Part shown: positions 13,901-28,555 of the stretch, in pieces
How positions within the stretch are numbered: position 1 is the stretch's first letter
How the letters are laid out: every line of letters begins with the position of its first letter
Assembly (NCBI GenBank): GCA_964016885.1
Contig: OZ024742.1
Span: 297,786,001-297,850,000 of the forward strand
Direction of reading: 5' to 3'
Length of the DNA stretch: 64,000 nucleotides
Source: Eledone cirrhosa
Lineage: Eukaryota
Notes under the pieces: generated by a model
Told to the model about the DNA's origin: nothing
The model's database searches: none
What the model saw: only the letters and a program-made list of their open reading frames with translations
Translations under genes and position numbers: made by a program

Positions 13901-14572
13901 CTTTATATCATATGACAAGCGGCAGTCTCAGGTGGCATGTTAATCAAAGATATTATTCATTATATACAATTGAGTCCTCTTACAGAACTTAAACATTTGT
14001 TGATAGGTAAAAAGCCTGAATGTTATTGGGGATTGGATGTGATATCAAAAGGTTGAAAGCTCTCTTAATTTTAGCTTAAATCTAATTCAAATATATATTT
14101 CAATATTACAACGAAATATCTTTCAGAAGTTTGCGACTAAAATCATATTAAATAAGGTCTCATTAGTGACTGATTTTGTTTTCTTAACTTGGAGTCAGTT
14201 TCTCATTTTTAAGCAAGAACTATGTGAATGTTAACTTATCCAATCTCCAGTAACATTTACATTTCTTAGTTAATTTATAAAGGTCTTCTTATGCTATGGA
14301 AATAACAAAAATTAAGTTTTATATGAAGGGTTTATTGTATGTGATGTATAATATCCTTGACTACCATCATTAAATCTACTTAATGTTGAAACCCCAACCT
14401 TTCCACAACCACAACATATTTCTAATAACTCACAGGGAAAATCAATTAATATTTCATAGAGTCATGCATGACTAGCTTTTCCTTCTAATATCAAAAGTAA
14501 TCAGTATCCCCAACGAGCCGTGACAGTGTTGACTGCCAAACTCTTTATTGGAGGATAAATATTTTATCTTAT

Positions 14573-14580
14573 TGTATATA

Positions 14581-14651
<71 letters not shown>

Positions 14652-14765
14652 AAATAAATATACATACATATATATATATATATGCGTATGTATGTATGTA
14701 TGTATATATATATATGTATATATACATATATGTAAGTATGTGTGCATATGTTTATATATATATGC
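14573..14765. repeat. (TA)n / (TATG)n microsatellite
   Basis: Direct reading of the sequence. Confidence 0.97.
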
Positions 14766-15518
14766 ATTCTTTATTTTATTATACATATTTATTTATATCC
14801 TTTTTTAATGTTTTATATATGTTTTATTCTCTGCTTTTTCAAAATTCTATTTTATATTATCTTACATTCATTTATATACCATCACTTCTATTACTCCCAT
14901 TATTATTATTAGTTTTCTTTTTGTACTGTGTTTTTCCTTTCATTCTGACCATCACTTCTATCTTTATATCTAGTCAGCCTCATCTCTGTATATGGACAAA
15001 CTTACATACTAAGTTCCCGCCACCTTATAACATGACATTTGGACATGGTTGATATCCAATATATAGGCAAGTCTGATGGCTTACACAATCAGGAATGAAC
15101 ATATTCTAAGTCATCTCCAGTGCATCTAATGAACAAATAGATCCTGGAGGCAAGCTGATTGTAACTGATTAATGCTCAGAGTTGATCATATACAAATGTG
15201 TTACGTGATAATGAATAACATGTTGAATTGAAACTTCACTTACTTTCTTGATATAAAAACGGTGCATATTACAGCAATAACAAATAGATGTCAGTACTAA
15301 TCTCCACTTTTAACACTGAACATCCAATTCACATATAAGCATTACATGCTAAAACAGGTACCACCTGTAGTTATTAGTATTACTCACCAACTGGGTATAT
15401 CTCTTTAAACTATCTCCTGACAAAGGACTAGAGCCCAATAGGTTGAACTATCTTTTTTCTATCTTTCCTCCAAGCGTGACCCTAATAACATTAATTGTTT
15501 TGTATCTGTCTTTGCCTT

Positions 15519-15660
<142 letters not shown>

Positions 15661-16511
15661 CTCTACTTGTACACCAAGTGCTTATATTGCTACCACCACT
15701 AGTAATTCACTGGATGACATACACTATATATATAATTCTTCATTCTACATCTGCTTCATATCTTTTTTTTCCAGTTTGAACCTGTTAAACATCTTTAACA
15801 ATATTCTCCTCTTTCCCATATATCCCTTGGGTTTACTTATTACTACTAACATTTTTTCATCATCCATAAGAAACTGCAAAATTAGGTCTAGTTGTTGTAA
15901 CTAAAACAATTGAGCTGTCTTCGTTAACTATCTATATTTGATTACTAAAACTATTTTTTCTTTCTTTTTTGAAGTTTTCTCTTCAGGCTATAAGAATATA
16001 TGGAACTAAACAATGCTATAAGAAGCCATTTACCAAATTTAGTTAGTCAACTGCTGCCTTACTTTAATAAAAGCTAATTCATTATGAGCAAGCTGCAGTT
16101 TGTGGCAAAAAGATTTCTACAATGTTTGAACATTATAAGCAAGTTTTCTGGTAAAACTTGTGCCTAAATCCAGAAGTTTCAATTATAATGCTTCCTTGAT
16201 ATAATTAGCTTAAAACATACATGCATTTCATTCATTTTATTTTCTTTAAGAGGCATATACTTTGCAATCTCAGAAAATACATTAAATATATGTTCCTACT
16301 ACAGAATTTATTCTGTTTTATATTTATTATTTAGTAAACATGATTATAAAAATCATATCATTCTAATCACATACACATATCTTATCAGGATCTCATTGGT
16401 GTAATGCTTGAGATTATTTATATAAAAAAATGATATAAATTCATAAAGGGAAACACAGCAATTATTTGATAAAATAATTAGTAAACTTATATATACTAAA
16501 ATAATAGTTAA

Positions 16512-16774
16512 CCCTTTCATGACTGTATTTCTAATGAAATACAGCTTATTCTAATTAATTAATGAAGAATTTGGAGGGATTTACTAAAATTATTATTTCA
16601 TTACTAAGATAGTAACTTAATGTAAGGTTCGTATATAAAATTATTTTGGAAGATTTTAATTTAAGTTGGAAACCTTTAAAATGGGTGGTTTTATTTCATA
16701 GAACCAAAGCCAGTTTTGACTGGTTTTATTTCCTAGAACCAAAGCCAGTTTTGACTATGTTGGTAACTAAAGGG
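16512..16774. mobile_element. piggyBac-type MITE copy, about 170 bp from the exon B donor
   Basis: ttaa|cccttt ... aaaggg|ttta; same family as 7878-8128; internal tandem duplication of about 36 bp (ggttttatttc.tagaaccaaagccagttttgact). Confidence 0.65.
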
Positions 16775-16947
16775 TTTATGTTCTTTATAGAAATCTTCCA
16801 AAACTCTTTTGAGGAGGTTGATATGAGAAAATGTCAGTACAGAAAACCAATGGTATTGATAAGGTTGATAAGGTGATGGAGGAAAAATCATCTCCAATTC
16901 ACAGGAAATTTGAAAATATATCTATATGTAGGATATTTTATATTTAC

Positions 16948-17130
16948 CTGTCTACCATTATTCCAGCTCGTATTACATTGGCAACACTTCGGAAACGGGG
17001 TTTTTCTTCACCTTTTCTCTTGATGTTGTTCATAGATCGTGTAAAGGTCAAAGCAAGCCAATCACGCACTTCGGTAGGAACTGCGTCTGGCTCCACTTCG
17101 CTTAGCTCATCATCTTCATCACAAAGTCTT
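16948..17130 (-). CDS. PDE1: PDE1 internal coding exon B (PDEase_I_N / calmodulin-regulatory segment)
   Basis: Acceptor ttcttgcag| and donor |gtaaat; 183 nt, phase 2-2. Translates RLCDEDDELSEVEPDAVPTEVRDWLALTFTRSMNNIKRKGEEKPRFRSVANVIRAGIMVD(R), containing the PDE1 hallmark motifs VPxEVRDWLAxTFT and KPxFRS. Confidence 0.97.
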
Positions 17131-17742
17131 CTGCAAGAAAATTAATAGAAACATTTTTAAATACTTTATCTTCAACAGAGCACAACATTCATAACTTTGT
17201 GAAGAAAACAAAGCAAACAAAATAAGATTTTGCTGAGATGATATGTGATATGAACAAGTATTTTCTTTCCAGTACATTATTAGAAGCATGTTAGTCAGCA
17301 AAATGTAATACAGCTTTGATAATTCGGTTGATTTCATTATTTCTATCTAGGAAATACAAGCAAGAAAACAAAAACACACAGAAATAATATTTAAGTGTAA
17401 TCTTTTGTAACTAATATAAAAGCAACACTTGTATCCATATGAGGAACTTTCAGATTCAAATATTAGTAATTGCTTTCGACTTCCACATAATTCATTTTTC
17501 TGCTACATGGGCTAATATATTCTTTTATTTCAAACACAATGTTTAAGAGAATTTCATAATTACAAGAGGTTTGTATGTAAAAGAATCCACAACTTAATTC
17601 AAATATTCCTTCCTCCACATCATCCGAAATCACTTAAGTAACGACTGTCTTTATATGTTGAAAAAAATTCAAAAAGGAATATTCTTTTGTTCAACGTTAT
17701 ATTGTATCCCTTTTTACAACATTTGGTAAAGGTAGATTCAGA

Positions 17743-17745
17743 ATA

Positions 17746-17827
<82 letters not shown>
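17743..17827. repeat. (TA)n microsatellite
   Basis: Direct reading of the sequence. Confidence 0.97.
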
Positions 17828-17829
<2 letters not shown>

Positions 17830-20755
17830 CTTAAAAATCACCCACACAATGCATCTTAGCATTTGATTTTTTAAACAATAACTATCTTTATCATAGGCAC
17901 ACATACATACATGAATAGATACAATATATATACACACATACTCAGTATATACCCTTAATAATCACTCAGTACATCTTACCGTTTGATATCCTAAATACTC
18001 TCTTTTTCTATGCATATTTCATTTTAATGTTATGCAATTTAACTTTCCTAGGATACAACTATTCTCTGATCATAAGCATGTCAATCAATATTATAATATA
18101 GAATAGAATCAAAGAGTACTAGCACCTAGCATTTAGATCACAAAACAGTATGCAGCTGATAAAATATACCTTTGGCTGGTGCCTAGAATATTGATAATTC
18201 ATTTCATGTATAAATAATACATTCAATACAAAATAATAAGAAAGTGGTTTAAATTGATAGGCATGTGATAAGAATATTCATTGCAAAGCAAACGGTGAGA
18301 TAAATTGTTATTGCTGAGTGAGGGTGTTTGTGTGTGTGACATTTCAATAAGAGCTTTGCATTTAAGAAAGAGTGAAAGATAGTGAAGCAATTCATAGAAT
18401 TATTCAAAATAGAAATATAACCTTTCTGGGTAAGTTTTATATACATAGTTAAACGAATAAATATACAAAGTCAAATTCAAATACAGAATTAATGTTTCAA
18501 TGATAAAAATGTATAAAATTATATGAAATATGATTGTGAATCAAAAACTGTAGACTAGTAAAGAAATACATCTTGTAAATGAGTCTTAACTTATAATATC
18601 CTCTCCCTCATGGAATTACATTAGCAAGACATTCTTAAGTATTAAAAAAACAAAAATATGACTGCATCATATTACAAATGTATCAATTTGTAAATGTTCA
18701 CAACAATCTCTCCACTAGTAAAGTTACTACAAACATTTGAATTAACAAACCACATGAAACCACACCAGCAAGATATATTTTGAAAGGTACAAAACAGCAC
18801 TATGACTGCATTTCACATAAAAGTCTTCACTCTAAAATTGTGTGATGAAAGAGACTTGACACTGAAATATGGCGATTAAACAACCACCCAGTTATTAGAC
18901 TAGGCGAGGAATGGAATAATTACCTAAAATATACGAAAACTGATGTGAAACTCAGAGTATGTCTTTATTAGCAACATGTCCTCCCAAAATATAACAATAC
19001 ATGTTCCAACACACAGCTTCATATCAAGAATCTCGCAAAACAAATACAAAAACAAAGTATATATATATGTATATACATTTCTTCAATACCAGATAAAATG
19101 TTAACTAGGAGTTAAAGAAACGTTATTTTTAAAGTGATTGAAAAGTTTTATCAACACGAATCAGTTCACCTTGGAGACATGCTGCAGGAAGTGGATACAG
19201 ACCAACTCAAGAGCTGCAAATTTTCCAAAACATTATTTTAATGCTGGAAAATAGCATTATCTATTGTTGCTTTGAAAACAGAGTGTAATAATTTGAATAC
19301 ACTTTACTTCAATATCGGACATACTGTTATCTAGAAGTTAAGAAAACAATTATTTCAAAGTGATTCAGATGTTTTAAACAAACATTATTTCAATGCTGTT
19401 ACCATAAATTTTATTTGTTTGCTTGGTGAGGTGGGGTGACTTTATGACACCCTGCAGGATGAAAAACAAAACCCATAAATGGGCAGAGAAAATAATGAGA
19501 CTCAATGGCCATCCAATAAACCCTGTATTCACCTTTGGTGGTTCATCTCACTGTGCATTGTTTCCTTAGGTGATGCAGTACAAGAGAGGTTAAGCTTTGT
19601 GATGATAAAACATAAGGACTGTTATTCACGGTGTCCTGTACACTTATGTGCAGCAATCGTTTTTTAACAAGTACAAAAAGTGTGGTTGCTCTTATACAAA
19701 TCTTCATCACTTTAAACAAATCATTAGTGTGCCAGTCAATTTGCTTAGCAATCAGTTCTTTTCAACATCAACCAACATCAGACTGACTAGTGAGAGAGTA
19801 AAGATGACAGGGACAGGTAAAGGATATTAGTAGAAGTCTCCAAATGGCACTCAACACAGTGGCAAAATTTGGGTTATGACCATTCTAGCAAAAACAAGGG
19901 AGCATTTTTGCTATTCATATCTTCTAATGGTGAAAAAAACAGGTCTTTTTAATCACAATGCAGTTTTGCTCAATCTGGAGAGGAGGTGAAAAAAGGAGCC
20001 CTAAATATTGCTTGTTCGTTTCTCAAATTTCGCAGACCAGTGCTGCTATCTTGTTATCTGCTGATGCAGATATATGGCTTACTGTACTACAGAAAACTTA
20101 CCTTCCCACCCACATAGGAAAAAACAAGCATGAAGAAGATGTCCCATCATCAGCCAGTATGGTTCTGACCACTCTCGCCTATCTTACCCCACCTTAAACC
20201 CTCAAAAGGTATGAGGTAGGACATTTTAGTTTCTTATCTACCAATTTCTCAGTTTGAACCTTCCGTTAGCCCCCACCCACTGTTTCCCATCCAAATCAGG
20301 ATAATGTGTAGAGCTGGAGCAGACCTTGATTAATTTACTTCCTGTAGCCATTCCAAGCCCCCATACTTTACCTACAAAGTCCCTCCCCTTTTAGTTCCCC
20401 CACTCATCCCTTTATCATCACTTCCTCTGCCAACCCATTCTAGCTAAGACAAATAGGGTGAAGCTAATATGTTGCAACTACCCAATTCAACCCATTTACC
20501 CTCTCTCTTCACACATCTATGAGGAAACTTTCTTCTACAACAGAGAAAGCCAGGCACATTCTATATTATGTCAGACATCATCCACTTGCTTCAGGGTCAC
20601 CTCTACAACCCGGCCCTTTTTCCTTCCATGATAGGCCATCTACCTCATTGAAGCATGGAAAATCAATGTTAAATGGTGTCAATGATGGTTCTCAAGGGGT
20701 GTTAGGCAGTAACCATAGTTAAAAAAAGGTACTGAATACGTTGGTAGAGTATAGG

Positions 20756-21600
20756 CATCATCATCATCATCATTTTACATCCGCTTTTCCCGGCTTGCAA
20801 GGGTGGGACGGGTCCTATTCAGCACAGCATCTCTCCACTTGTCGCGGTCATTTCGTCATCTCCTCCATGAGCTTCAACGATCTGAGGTCCACTCTCACCA
20901 CCTCCATCTATGTTTTTCGTGGTCTTCCTCTACTGCATCTTCCTTCAACTGGGATTTCTTTACAATTCTTTACTCAGCTGTCATCCTCCATGCGCATCAC
21001 ATGTCCATACCAACAGAGTCATCTCTTCTGCACACTACAACTTATCCCTCTTATACACAGTTTCTCTCTCAACTCATCTATGCTTGGTCATTCATGCATA
21101 TTGACATTACACATCCAACAGAGCATGCTTGCTTCATTTCTCTCCAGCCGTCGCATATCCTCTGCAGTTGCTGCCCATGTCTCACCACCATGCAGCATTG
21201 CGCATCTCACACAGGCATCATATAACCAGCCTTTCGTACACAGGGAGAAACCCTTCTTTGTCAACAGATGAAGCAGCTCCCTAAATTACTTCCAGCCCGT
21301 CCTTATTCTAGATACCATGGCGTCAGAACACCCCCTCCCATGCTAATCTGATCACCTAGGTACCGGAAGCTATCAACCACTTCTATAGAACTTACTTGCT
21401 TTTGAAAAATGTGTCTATCACTGCAACTGTCAAATTTCCCTGTACATCTACTGCATACGTAGTTTTCCCTACCTGTTAGTCTGCCTTCTACCCCACTACA
21501 TCTCTTGTGTACCCAAGATCTGCATTGTGTACATTTTATAGAGTTTATGCCAGCTCCTTTTCTACATATCGGACATGGTCACTTCCCTGATGGAATATAA
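20756..21600 (-). mobile_element. 5'-truncated RTE LINE (PHD-bearing, divergent subfamily)
   Basis: (CAT)n tail on +; minus-strand translation gives CPICRKGAGINSIKCTQCRSWVHKRC...YVCSRC, VDSFRYLGD, RIRTGWK, WYGHVMRM and RGRPRKT. Confidence 0.9.
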
Positions 21601-23980
21601 ATGACTTCTACAGGGCTAGAACTGTTTCCTTCGTATGAAATTATGGTCTCAGACAAGTACATCTATGAAAGTAAACAATGTTTCTCATATCAAAGGATAA
21701 AGTAAAAATGAATTACTTTGCTTGTAAAGCATTATCAAATTAAAACTCTTCCCCCTGAACAAGACATAGATAAAATCAATTGATCTGGTAAATGTGTTTA
21801 CTTTATATACACATCAAAGCAGAATCAATTTAAAATCAGCATCAGATGACTGGAAATTGTAATAACTATAATGTATGTTACAAAACGCTGGGATTATATT
21901 TTGTATATAAGGCTATCTTTCATAATCGTTACTTGGTTTTTATTGTTTATTTTACCAGTAATAATGTCAATACTGGACATTGCCTCTCAGTTCTTTCATG
22001 ATAAATTGTTTTGTCTACTCTCTTATACCAAAGTCATTTACCTAAAAAGACCTTGTAGGCTTCAATGAAAATGCAAAAATCTGTGTGAGGGGTGGACATT
22101 TGTCATATGATTACTGTGCTTGCTTTGAAGAAATGACAAGAATAAAATAACATACTCTTTTCAGAGCATAGTTTCTCTCACAGAAGTATAATACCATTTT
22201 TGTACTGCACAGGCTACTGAATTTGAACTCAGAACAAAAAATCTAAACCTATAATACAAAGAATCTTGTATGGTGCTCTAAGAATGTTGATAATTCACCT
22301 TGCTCAACTGTCTACTCTATTTATTCACCAAAGGAAGGATCAAATGCAAACTTGATCTCAGTGGGATTTGAAAGCAGGATACAGAAAACCAAAACAAATA
22401 CTGCAAAGTAATTATTCTGATGCCCTTATGATTTAACCAATTCATCACATCCATTCTTTCACAGAAAATCAAAAACGTGAATATTTTCTATTCCATTTTT
22501 ATCCATTTACTACAAGTATAAATATGATCAAATTATGGAAACTACTGACCCATAAATATTTGGCTTGTGATTGTGAAGTGCACACTTTGGCAATTATAAA
22601 ACCACACTAAATATTTTGCTGTGAACATTTAAAAACAATTTATCAGAAATTGCAAACAGCTTCCAATGTTAATAGAAAATATTTTATGAAATAATAATAC
22701 AGCTTCCAAAATTTTTGAATATTTATATTAGATTATTTTAACCTATTTTCTTTTTTTATATGTTTCTTTGCCTAATCCTTTAAGATGTTCTACATACTTT
22801 TATTTTTGGACAGACATGACTTTAATGCTGCAGTCATGTTAAAATACACTCAATACACTTGGTAAAGTAGCTGAATTGGGAAAGGGGTCAAGATGTAAGA
22901 AAACATTACAAATGTAAGACACTACTTGGAGGGCAGTAACTCTAAGTAAGAATGGACTTGAACCATAATTATTCCTCCAACCCATACTAGCATGGAAAAT
23001 CTATATAAATGATGATCTTGGGATCAGGAGTTTTATGAGTAAAAATTCAAATGTCTAAAGATTTTAAAGTAATTTAAATGTATTATTGATAAAAAGTTAA
23101 CCATGACATAAGTAATAGTGAAAATAATATTGTTTTTCTTCCATTCCGATATATTTATGGAATCAATACTCATGGATACAAGCCCAACAACAACTTGGTT
23201 TTTGATTTGATCCTACTGCATAGCACTGTGGACAAGAGGCTTCTACTATAACCTTCGGCTGACCAATTCCTTGTGAAAGAATTTAGTAAATTGAAACTGT
23301 ATAGAAGGCTGCCATATGTTTGTGTGTGTGAGAGTGTGTTTGTGTTTGTGCGTGTGTATGGGTGTATGTTTGCATGTGTGTGCCCATGTGTAGCAGTGTT
23401 AGACTATTGCATGCCTTTTCATACTGATAATATTTAAAGCTGTTTGTAACATTTCTTTGTCTTGTATAAACACATCCCACAGTGTAGCAGCTAAGATAAG
23501 TGGTTTATATCATACTTATGAAAGAAAGCATAGGTTGCCATTAGAAGGGGTATTCAGCTGTAAAAAACTTCAGAAAGTTTTGTCGATTCCATGCCACCTT
23601 GGAAAACCAACATAAAAGCCATGATGCAGATTAATATACAATTATGTACTGAAAATATATCCTCATTCAACACCAAATATCAAAATGTGTACATTACTGA
23701 GTACCTGCAGTGACATTTATACGTATGAAAGTTATGAATAAAGCTTAAACTAGAGTATGGTTATTGCTCCCTCCTATATTCACCCCCTTCTGGTAAATAT
23801 ACCTTGAATAAACTCTTAGTTTCAAAATATTCAATACAAACTTGTACCATAATCCAATGCACTCACTATAATCTGTAAAGTGGTAGTGCTGGTGCTACAA
23901 TAATATATATATATATATAGTAATAATAATAGTAATAATAATAAATATATATATATATATATGGATATATATATATATAA

Positions 23981-26950
23981 ACTGTAGGAAACTAAAGCAG
24001 AACAACCTGCCATCCCCTACACATCATCATAAACTGAAATCAAGGTAGAAATTGTTGCCCTTAAATGCTCGTATTCTATGAAACACGATACGTCTTTTTG
24101 ATTCGTATGTCAAAACTATCGATCCTGATTTATTACAGTCATGGAAACATGGCCCCCATTCCTTACTCTGTGATGGGGTTTTCAGCATAGCTGGCTACAA
24201 CTTGTTTCACGAGGACCGCATTAATCATCATGGTGGTGGTGTAATGGTCTACGTTCGTTCAAACTTTTCCGTAATTCCATGCGTTGAGTTGAACCAATCG
24301 CAACAAGAAGTATTTTTTTGTGAGATACGTATGACCATGTCAATATTTATACTTGGAGTTGTTTACCACCCTCCAAATTACGATCAGGACACACAGCTTT
24401 GTGATATCCTCAGAGCTGCTGCAAGGAAAACAGCCACTTATGTTTTTATTGCAGGGGACTTTAATCACCCTGAGATTGACTGGGAAACCTTTCGTTGGCT
24501 GCAAAGTGCAAATGATTCCCTTGAGCTAGTGCTAGACTTGAACTGGTCCCAAGTAGTCACCTCCCCAACAAGAGGTGACAACACTTTGGATCTACTCTTC
24601 ACCACTACTCCTGAAATGGTTATTAGTGTTACTAATGAGGAACCTTTAGGTGACTTTGATCATGCTGTTATCATTGCCAATCTGTCCCTCATGGGCAGCA
24701 ACAAAAAACACAACCATCTCCAAACTGCTCACTTTGACTGGAATAAAGCAGACTGGAACTATTACTGCACCGAGCGACAATGTCCAAACTGGCTTGAATT
24801 TTACGACTCTGGAGATGTCAACACTATACTGCAGAACATCCAGAACTCAAAATGGACAGCATGTGCAGCATCAGTTCCATGTATGCAGAAAAAACATCAA
24901 AAAGTGCAATTTGGCAGACTGCAGCAGTCCGTCTTGCCAGGAAAGAACATTGTAATGCTGAACATGAATACAAACTGCATAAATCAGATATCAATAGGAA
25001 AAAGCGAAATAAATCATCCAACCATCTCAAGCAGGAGACAAAAAAGCAGTGCTTGAATTTGAACAGCGCATAGCAACCAACCCTGACAGTAAGGTGTTCT
25101 GGAAGTATGTACACTCAAAGCAGAGGCCTCACTCTCCAGTTGGTCCACTTCGCAATCCCCACGCAAGCCAGATTACTGACGACCCCAATGAATGCGCAGC
25201 ACTCATTGATGAATGCTATGCAGGCATTTTCACTATTGAAAACCAAAATGTATCATCTCCACCAACTCTGACATCAAATTCTATAACAACTATGAAATGT
25301 ACACCTGAAAATCTGCGACGTCACCTTAAGAATAAATGCAACCATGCATCTCCTGGTACTGATGGTGTTATGCACCTGCTTCTCAAACGTGATGGGCATT
25401 TCCTTCTGCACCAGCTATCACTCTTTTTTTCAATTCTGTCTGAACAACGGTGCTACTCGGGAGCAGTGGAAAACTGCTAGTGTCATTCCTCTGTTCCAAA
25501 ATAGTGACTGCACGTTGCCTGTCAACTATCGTCCTGTCAGACTTACTAGCTGCATTGTCAAACCTATCGAATCCTGTGTCAGAGAAACACTTTGGAACTT
25601 CTGGAATTCTCAGTCTTATCTGGCCCTTGCAATTTGGATTTATCCCTAACTCCAGCTGCTGTGATTAACTTATCGCGTTTCTTGAAGACACCCAGATCAC
25701 TGATGGTGGCTCATGGGTGGATGTTGTTTACTTTGACTTTGCTAAAGCTTTTAATTCTGTGCCACACAAAAGACTTATGGCAAAACTCTCTGCAATGGGT
25801 GTGAAGGATGATCTTTTAACTGGTTGAAGTCCTTCATTCTCAGTCAAAGAGAGGTAGTCACTGTTCTCGGACAGCATTCCTCACCGTATGAGATGTCATC
25901 TGGTGTACCACAGGGATTTGTTCTTGGTCCCCTTTTGTTTGTTGCATAGATTAATGACATAGATGCCTACTTAAAGAATGCCACAGTACTGAAATATGCA
26001 TGACATCAAGCTGTACATTGAGATAAAAAGGACAGATCCTGAACACTATAGATCTTTCCTGCATTCAGACCTGGACATAATGCAGCAATAGATCACAGAC
26101 TGGCAACTCAAGCTGGCTGTGGACAAGTACTAGCATGCATTTTGGGAAGAAAAACCCAGTGTCCACATACTCCCTCTACAACACTAATATCAAGAAGTCT
26201 TCTTGTGAATGTGACCTGGGCATTACTGTCAGCAGTGATTTGCATTGGATGAAGCATGTCTGTAAAATTGTCAAGAAAGCCGAGGGTGTCTTAGCATCAC
26301 TCAGCAAGACCTTTGTCAGCCACTCTCCAGCTATCTATTTAAAGCTGTATGTAGCTATGGTGCGGCCACACTTAGAATTTACATCACCAGTCTGGAACCC
26401 CTATCTTGCTCAGAACATTGACCTCCTAAAAACTGTTCAGAGATGTGCAACCAAGCGAATACCCTCCATCAGATATCTACCATACTCTGAACGCCTTGCT
26501 TTCTTGGGCATAGATACATTGGAGCTCCGACGCCTGGCAACTGACTTGGTAAACACCCACAAAATTATTAAACATCTTGCCAACAACAACCCTGAGCACC
26601 TTTTTGATTGTCATGTGTCTAACACATGTGGGCATGCCTACAAAGTCAGAAAACAGCACAGTTCCCGTGACTTTCAGAAACATTTTTTCACGCTCAAAGT
26701 TGCTGAAACATGGAACAAACTACCTGCATCAGTTGTTACCTGCCAAGACACTGCATCCTTTAAAACCTCCATGCTACCTGAAATTTGTCAACACTATACC
26801 TGATAACCCCCTTCCATACACATGCATACATGTATATTATGACTCATACACTGTTCATTTTCCTGACATTTGTACATTTTTCCATATAATATACATGCAC
26901 CTTTGATGAGTTGTAGTGCACCTGAGCACTGTACACAATAATTTCATTAT

Positions 26951-26955
<5 letters not shown>
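23981..26955 (+). mobile_element. CR1-clade LINE with near-complete but frameshifted ORF2 (APE endonuclease + RT) and 3' UTR
   Basis: LNAR, GGGVMVYV, VYHPP, GDFNHPEIDW, PTRGDNTLDL, DFDH, NYRPVRLTS, DFAKAF, SGVPQG, RPHLEF..PVWNPYL and FF...VAETWNKLP motifs with many stops and frameshifts; 3' stem-loop tgtagtgc-acctga-gcactgta (26912-26933), then an (ATT)n tail. Confidence 0.92.

Positions 26956-27030
<75 letters not shown>
26947..27030. repeat. (TA)n(AAT)n microsatellite
   Basis: Direct reading of the sequence. Confidence 0.95.
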
Positions 27031-27033
<3 letters not shown>

Positions 27034-28264
27034 TTGAAGATCCTGTTAAGGGTGAACAGCGATTCTTTGCTTAAACTTTAATCTATTATTTTAATAAATA
27101 TATATATATATGTGCATATGTGTGTGTGTGTATATATATATATATATTTGTTGAGAGAGGAGAGAGAGAAAAAGTCCATGTTCTGAAGACAACAAGCTGA
27201 ATTTGAAAACTGAATTAGAAGATTTTTCCGTAAATTTGATTAACTAAAACAAGTTGATAATAACAGGATGTATAAGCCCATTATCTTCCCCTCAGCTGGC
27301 TGACATATATCATCTACAAATATACACATACAGCATGTATTTACTCAGAGGGACAACCAATGTAGGAGAGCACTCACTCTAAATTTACTAGTATATTGTT
27401 GTCACAAATATTTCTAACTACTTGACATTAAAATTGAATAATACATAAAACTACTTATGCAATATGACATTTAAGAAATGAAAGGGCAATATATATATAT
27501 AGATAGATACACAGGGTTATATAGATATCCAGTGATATATATATATATATATATATAATTTAAATTTTACTTTAAACTGTTGATTACAAAAGGGATATAA
27601 TAATCATCGTCATCAATATTGTCATTTTAGCAAGGATTGGACGGGTCTATATAGACCAAGTTCATACTGAAGTGGAGCCACTTCCAAGCAAGAAAGGGAT
27701 TTGTGTCTCATCTATGTATGGTCTCACATTCCATCGAGAGGATATATGCGGAAGAACTCATAAGAGTCAACGGCCATCCGAAAGTGTGTAAATATCTATA
27801 TACACATGTACCACACGGTTAAACTACTGGGAGTCAAGGACCCCTAGCCTTTGTCTGGGCATTCTTCTAGGAGAAGGCAACTCAGGAAACTGGGATAACT
27901 CCGATATAAAAACTGCGGTTCAGTAGTTACCGGTGATGTTGATCTTTTCTTCTTTTCGGGTTATAGCTACTGTCGCTCAGAGAGTGGGTTTGGCTCAGTC
28001 CACAGTCTTTCCTCACTTTAAAAAATATCTTCACGTACAGGCATTGCATGATAGAATTAATTAATAATTATTAATAATGGTATAACGTGCAATGACCATA
28101 CTCGATAACGAGGGGGCAGCCATCATATATATATATATATAATAACTAGAGATTGATTAACATATAAATAAACATGAATAATCACAGGAGATAATTTTTA
28201 CAAGTGTGTAACCACACATAGCTAGGTAGGTAGCTAAATTCATTTGATTTATCTTAATTTTGGA

Positions 28265-28555
<291 letters not shown>

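Noticed and set aside
15388-15416. 29-nt exon candidate with a gtgagt donor
   Set aside because: Immediate in-frame TAG and a short pyrimidine tract; no further support.
20741-21271. Plus-strand 176-aa ORF, and similar ORFs at 39260-39954 and 43232-43831
   Set aside because: Antisense shadows of RTE coding sequence.
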